Source: an uncultured virus (IMG/VR IMGVR_UViG_3300009187_000024) (taxonomy: Duplodnaviria > Heunggongvirae > Uroviricota > Caudoviricetes). Taken from it: a stretch of 20,000 nt of DNA. This document shows, piece by piece, positions 15,826 through 20,000 of this stretch. Each line of letters starts with the position of its first letter. The stretch's first letter is position 1. The notes beneath the pieces were generated by a model. It saw nothing but the letters and a program-made list of their open reading frames with translations, did no database searches and had not been told where the DNA came from. The stretch lies in the IMG/VR virus record IMGVR_UViG_3300009187_000024; one strand, written 5' to 3'. The translations under genes were made by a program, and so were the position numbers.

Positions 15826-16783
15826 ATGACTCGTGGAATACGATATCGTCGTTACCGTCAGCTGTTGTTGCCGGAGTACCATAAGCGGCAGTCTGCGCAC
15901 CAAGTGAACCCATGGCTACAAGAGTTTCGTAGTGAACACGACCAGCGCGACCGCCAGTACCTTCTCTTCTTAGAACCCAACCAGCATGTGCAACACCACC
16001 ATTCTTTGCTCCGCGCGCGATAACAATACCAGTTGCTGTATCACCGGTCAATGTATGGGTTTCGCCAGCTACTGCAACAGTCGTTGCGATATCCACGTTT
16101 GCACCACCAAGAGTTGTTGACAGAGCAAGAGCAGTAGTGTTAGCAAACGTTACGTAGTAAAAAGTATTACCCGTCAGATTAGGAATAGCTGTATTACCAG
16201 CTGGTACACCATAATACAGTCTGTCGCCAGCCTGGAAGCGAGAGTTGGCTGTCGCCAGAAGTATAGTGTCTGTCGTATTGCTTACGCCAGTTGTGTTAGC
16301 TGTAATATTTAGAGCAGATGGTGCTGAGATAGCAATTGTCGGATCGTTGATATATCCAGTACCGTTCGCAGTGATATTGATTGCAGTGATCTTACCACCG
16401 TAACCGGCAGTTGTATTAGCAAATGCGTTTGCAGCTGCAGATGATCCGCCGTTTGTTACGGTGAAAGTTACAGTTGCGTTTGCGCTGTAACCAGTTCCGC
16501 CATATGTTACTCTAGCAAGACCAATTGGTCCGCTGTTGAATCCCATTTCAGTTGCGTCAACACCAAATACGCCGACAGCCTGACCTGTCAAGAATGCATT
16601 TGGTGTTGTGTTTATATACATCTGAGAGTCGACGTTCGCGCGTGATCCAGAAGTGTTAGCTAAGTGAGCATTGGCGCTACCGCCAAGTTTTACAGCTGTG
16701 TAGGTGCCGATAGGCGCACCGTTTGATGACTCGACGTTCGCTAATGCTGTAACAGCTTTGTCGTTTCTACCCCATAGTGGCAT
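15824..16783 (-). CDS. Virion structural protein (T4-like/cyanomyophage MPLWG...HAGWV type)
   Basis: MPLWG start, GGTGYS/NGTGY beta-repeat units, AHAGWVLRREGTGGRAGRVHYETLVAM; late promoter and AAGGAG upstream. Confidence 0.7.
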   Translation of the reverse strand: MPLWGRNDKAVTALANVESSNGAPIGTYTAVKLGGSANAHLANTSGSRANVDSQMYINTTPNAFLTGQAVGVFGVDATEMGFNSGPIGLARVTYGGTGYSANATVTFTVTNGGSSAAANAFANTTAGYGGKITAINITANGTGYINDPTIAISAPSALNITANTTGVSNTTDTILLATANSRFQAGDRLYYGVPAGNTAIPNLTGNTFYYVTFANTTALALSTTLGGANVDIATTVAVAGETHTLTGDTATGIVIARGAKNGGVAHAGWVLRREGTGGRAGRVHYETLVAMGSLGAQTAAYGTPATTADGNDDIVFHES

Positions 16784-16811
16784 TTTTTTACTCCTTGATG
16801 CAGGTTTTTTC

Positions 16812-16819
16812 TATTTATA
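16812..16819 (-). promoter_or_regulatory. T4-type late promoter TATAAATA
   Basis: Exact consensus in the 47-nt intergenic gap upstream of the structural gene. Confidence 0.8.
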
Positions 16820-16830
16820 AGTTTTTGTTA

Positions 16831-19698
16831 TTAGAAGTGTTTGCTCATAGCTGATCTCATTGAATCGCGATTTGCATGCAGTTTGTTAGCGAAATCGTCT
16901 TTCTCTTGAGTTGTTTTCATGGAGTTATGAACAGCAACCATATGTCTGGCTAGATGTCTACTGACTTTGGTTTTTGAATCATCTTTATGTTCAAAATGGG
17001 GCTCTCTACCTTCAATAGAATGAGAGATCTTTTCAAGCTGCTGCATTGGATGCTTGTGAGTATCGTCAACTTCAGCTTCCTTACCAGCTGGTAGAGGATT
17101 CTTTCTTGGGCGACCGCGACCTTCCTCGAGCTCAACTTCTTCCTTGTGAAGTTTGATCTGTGACTTGGGAAGTGTTACAGAATTGGATCTATTGTTGTAG
17201 TCGACAATATATTTCTTTTCAGACTTTTTGTGTAGACCATGATCTATCTCACCTACGTTACCAATAACTCCGTGATAATCTTTGCCCGGAGCATGTACCT
17301 TTACTCTAGAGCCTATCTTGATAGCCTCCTCGAGATCAACTTCTTCCTCGGTCAGCTTGTCAACTGCCTTGTCTATTCCTCTAGCTCTATTGGAAGATTT
17401 TTTAGAAAAATATCTGCGATCATCTGAAGTATATCCTGGTTTGTTCAAGGCATCGCTATAACCCTGACGATTTTTTACCAACGAATCCTTAGCTTTTTTT
17501 ACGTACGAACCAAGAGTTGACTTCTCCAGCTCATCAAGCTCTTCAACTTCTTCTTTAGCAAGACGGTCGGCTGCTTTAACAATACCCGTTTGACGATTTT
17601 GCATTTTATTTAATATTTTATCTCTAGCGTCTGGGTGCGTTTTTGTGATTTGACCAAGATGTTCTAAATCTCTAGGAGAACCAGAACTTGTCGCAGCTTT
17701 CTTGACATACGAAGCAAGAGTTGACCTCTTCAGCTCATCAAGTTGGTCAACTTCTTCCTTACGAAGCTTCTTCTCATCAGAGATCGTATAATCAGCTGTT
17801 GAGTTCTTTGTATTGAAACCGCTCTGGTCCTGATTAGCTCCGCGAGTTGGAGCTGAGGTTACAGTTGGCTTGGCTTCGGCTAGCTCGGCAGCAATGGCTT
17901 CAATGCGTTCAATCTCTTCAGCTGAGAACTCAACTTCTTCTTCCTTAACTACACCACGACCGACTAACACATCCTTGTGCGTGATCTTGTCCTTTGGTGA
18001 AGCGAGAGCAGCAAGCTTCTTTTCTTTTTCAGTTTTAGGTTCAGTTTCGGACTTTGTTTCTTCCTTTACTGCCTTCTTCTTGCCCTTGGCTGCGGCATCA
18101 TCATCATTTTGCTTGTCATCTGTTTCCGGATCAACGTCAACAACAGTCTTACCACCTGTCATCTTCTTTGGATCCTTTTCGTCTTCGTCTTTCTTTTCAA
18201 CGATTTGACGAACTGCGTCGATAAGGCTCTTAGGAAGCCCAAAGTTTGGTACTGACATAGTTGGTTTTTCCTCTATAATTTTTTTAATTGATCCGGTTTT
18301 ACTCAAAGTGGATTTTTCTGATGTAGGTTTGGCGCCATCCATACGAGCAACATTCTCGATCTTTTCGCGCTTCTCTGTATTGGTTTCTTCACCCAGAGTG
18401 TCAACCTTCTTCCCATCAACATACAGATTGTGTCTGATCTTTCTGGTTGGGTTCAGCTTTGTGATAGTCTCATGCTTCTTTCTGGCTTCTTCTTCCGAAG
18501 CGTGATAGCTCTTTGCATCGTGCATTCCGCTCTCGCTTCCATCCTTCTTGAGAGAAACAAGCACAGCTGATTTTTTTGCGTCCGAAACAGCAGATCTTTG
18601 TTTTCTAATATCGCTGGCAGCGTTCTTCCAACCCTTGATTGCTTCTTCGAGCTTATGTTCAATCACTGCTCTGTGTTTTGGACGTTCGACCTTGATGCCT
18701 CTTTTAGCAAGTTCTTTTCTTGCTTTCAATTCGTTATCAATCTGATCAGCAAAACCTGGGTGACTGTATGTCAGTTTTTTATTATTCGGATTGGTGATAC
18801 TGGCGTGAGCTCTTTGATGAATACCTCTGATGGTTTCGGTATCAACATTAGGTCCGATATTAGCTTCAACAACCGTATCTTCGTGTAAACCTTTGTATTC
18901 AATAGACTTCACACTATGAACACCGAAGTTTTTTGCAGCGTAACGAGTGGCTTTATCTCTTGCTGTTCTTGTATCATGCGCCGGAACTGTCAGCTTGATT
19001 TTAGTTCCCTTGGGCTTGGCACCAATAGGTTCAACAGTATTATCATCAACCATTTTACCAAGTCTCGTATCATCCGCATGTAGATGAACGTGAAACACAT
19101 GTTTGGATTCGGTCATAGTTTCTTCTTTCAGAGAATGTTGATGTTGTTGAACAAAATATTCTGCCGCATCTTTTGAATTGTTATGGTATCTGTTATGCCT
19201 ATTAAATTGTAGACCGTTCGCGTCGCTATGAATAGTGTATTTTGTAATATCTTTTCTAGACGCAACGTAACGTTTACCGGGAATTTTAGTGTCTTTATAA
19301 GCACTGAAAGGTTCTAGCGTAGCTACTTTTTTGCCTTTATGATGGATATCGTAAGTCGGCTTACCATCCGGATGAGCGGTAGTTGATTTCTTGCCAGTCT
19401 TTACTAATTTATAATCGGGGTGTATTTCTTCCTGTAATTCTTCTTTAGACATCTTCATCGTTTCCTTTTGGCGCTGTTTAGCTTCTCTATTACGTTTTTC
19501 AACTTCATCTTGGCGGTTATCCGCTCTGTCGGCAGAAGCTTCTTTAGCTGCGCGTTCACGATCGTGAACTCTATTGGCTCCGATGTTCAAACCGCTTTTA
19601 TCGTTTGAAGATGACGTGTCTCTGAAAGAAGATCCACCAGAACCAACTGTTTTACCTTGGCTTACAATGCCTTCTAGGATAGACTTGATGTCTCTCAT
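16831..19698 (-). CDS. Large charged modular protein, probable internal head/prohead-core protein
   Basis: K/E/H-rich; recurring hydrophobic-X-E acidic linkers; duplicated module; SH3/KOW-like segment and GRGRPRK AT-hook. Confidence 0.65.
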   Translation of the reverse strand: MRDIKSILEGIVSQGKTVGSGGSSFRDTSSSNDKSGLNIGANRVHDRERAAKEASADRADNRQDEVEKRNREAKQRQKETMKMSKEELQEEIHPDYKLVKTGKKSTTAHPDGKPTYDIHHKGKKVATLEPFSAYKDTKIPGKRYVASRKDITKYTIHSDANGLQFNRHNRYHNNSKDAAEYFVQQHQHSLKEETMTESKHVFHVHLHADDTRLGKMVDDNTVEPIGAKPKGTKIKLTVPAHDTRTARDKATRYAAKNFGVHSVKSIEYKGLHEDTVVEANIGPNVDTETIRGIHQRAHASITNPNNKKLTYSHPGFADQIDNELKARKELAKRGIKVERPKHRAVIEHKLEEAIKGWKNAASDIRKQRSAVSDAKKSAVLVSLKKDGSESGMHDAKSYHASEEEARKKHETITKLNPTRKIRHNLYVDGKKVDTLGEETNTEKREKIENVARMDGAKPTSEKSTLSKTGSIKKIIEEKPTMSVPNFGLPKSLIDAVRQIVEKKDEDEKDPKKMTGGKTVVDVDPETDDKQNDDDAAAKGKKKAVKEETKSETEPKTEKEKKLAALASPKDKITHKDVLVGRGVVKEEEVEFSAEEIERIEAIAAELAEAKPTVTSAPTRGANQDQSGFNTKNSTADYTISDEKKLRKEEVDQLDELKRSTLASYVKKAATSSGSPRDLEHLGQITKTHPDARDKILNKMQNRQTGIVKAADRLAKEEVEELDELEKSTLGSYVKKAKDSLVKNRQGYSDALNKPGYTSDDRRYFSKKSSNRARGIDKAVDKLTEEEVDLEEAIKIGSRVKVHAPGKDYHGVIGNVGEIDHGLHKKSEKKYIVDYNNRSNSVTLPKSQIKLHKEEVELEEGRGRPRKNPLPAGKEAEVDDTHKHPMQQLEKISHSIEGREPHFEHKDDSKTKVSRHLARHMVAVHNSMKTTQEKDDFANKLHANRDSMRSAMSKHF
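17330..17760 (-). repeat. Tandem degenerate duplication of a roughly 65-aa module within the 955-aa protein
   Basis: EEVDQLDELKRSTLASYVKKA...NRQTGIVKAADRLAK versus EEVEELDELEKSTLGSYVKKA...NRARGIDKAVDKLTE. Confidence 0.8.
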
Positions 19699-20000
19699 TT
19701 ACCTGTGGCTTTCAACATCCAAGAATGTTTTGCGTGAATATCAATACGATCCTGTAGAAAGTTAGAAAGACCAGGCTTATTTTCTTTTTCAGCCAGAACG
19801 TATGCCTTTGTCAATTCCGCGATAACCTTCTGATTATCTGATTCCAACTCAGAGAACATTGCTCTTGCATTTGGAATATTGATTTGATCATCGACAACCG
19901 AAAGCTGGGAAAAACGACCGAGACTACCAGGAGCGTAAGCATCAAGTGCTCTAATGTGTTCAGCAATAGCATCTACAGCCTCCCAAACTTCGTTATACAG
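19695..20000 (-). CDS. dps: Dps-family (ferritin-like) DNA protection protein, C-terminal part
   Basis: Not in the ORF track; hand translation LYNEVWEAVDAIAEHIRALDAYAPGS...SNFLQDRIDIHAKHSWMLKATGK* shows the DxxAE ferroxidase motif and KxxWML end. ATGA overlap with the next gene. Confidence 0.85.
   Translation of the reverse strand: MYNEVWEAVDAIAEHIRALDAYAPGSLGRFSQLSVVDDQINIPNARAMFSELESDNQKVIAELTKAYVLAEKENKPGLSNFLQDRIDIHAKHSWMLKATGK

Noticed and set aside
1452..19765. All plus-strand ORFs and nested minus-strand ORFs in the track
   Set aside because: They are antisense or off-frame shadows of motif-bearing genes; the minus-strand genes already tile the window with tight overlaps.
1..20000. 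Stop-codon reassignment
   Set aside because: TAA, TGA and TAG all terminate genes at sensible junctions and no gene appears fragmented.
1..20000. CRISPR array, tRNA genes, intrinsic terminators, transposons
   Set aside because: Intergenic gaps are under about 75 nt; I saw no spaced direct repeats, cloverleaf, clear stem plus U-tract, or transposase motifs by eye.

Overview
This window is a tightly packed, entirely minus-strand block of a T4-like (myovirus-type) phage genome. In transcription order it carries a partial Dps/ferritin, a 955-aa probable internal head protein, two virion structural/tail proteins, three small late genes (one missed by the ORF track), gp61 primase, ThyX, class Ia ribonucleotide reductase (nrdA, nrdB), a GIY-YIG nuclease, a YkuK-like RNase H-fold protein, an RlpA-like lytic transglycosylase, ClpP and glutaredoxin. 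It ends in a translationally coupled six-gene cluster: pyruvoyl SAM-decarboxylase-like, cytidylyltransferase-family, SAM methyltransferase, GalE-like epimerase, GT-B glycosyltransferase and HddA-like heptose kinase (partial). T4-type late promoters (TATAAATA and variants) and two similar sigma70-like promoters are visible. The most interesting signals are the phage sugar/heptose glycosylation cluster together with N-X-S/T-rich outer virion proteins, a polyprotein-like head protein punctuated by prohead-protease-type sites, and a start-codon-occluding hairpin overlapping a late promoter in front of the GIY-YIG nuclease. Protein calls come from motifs recognised by eye; no database search was run.
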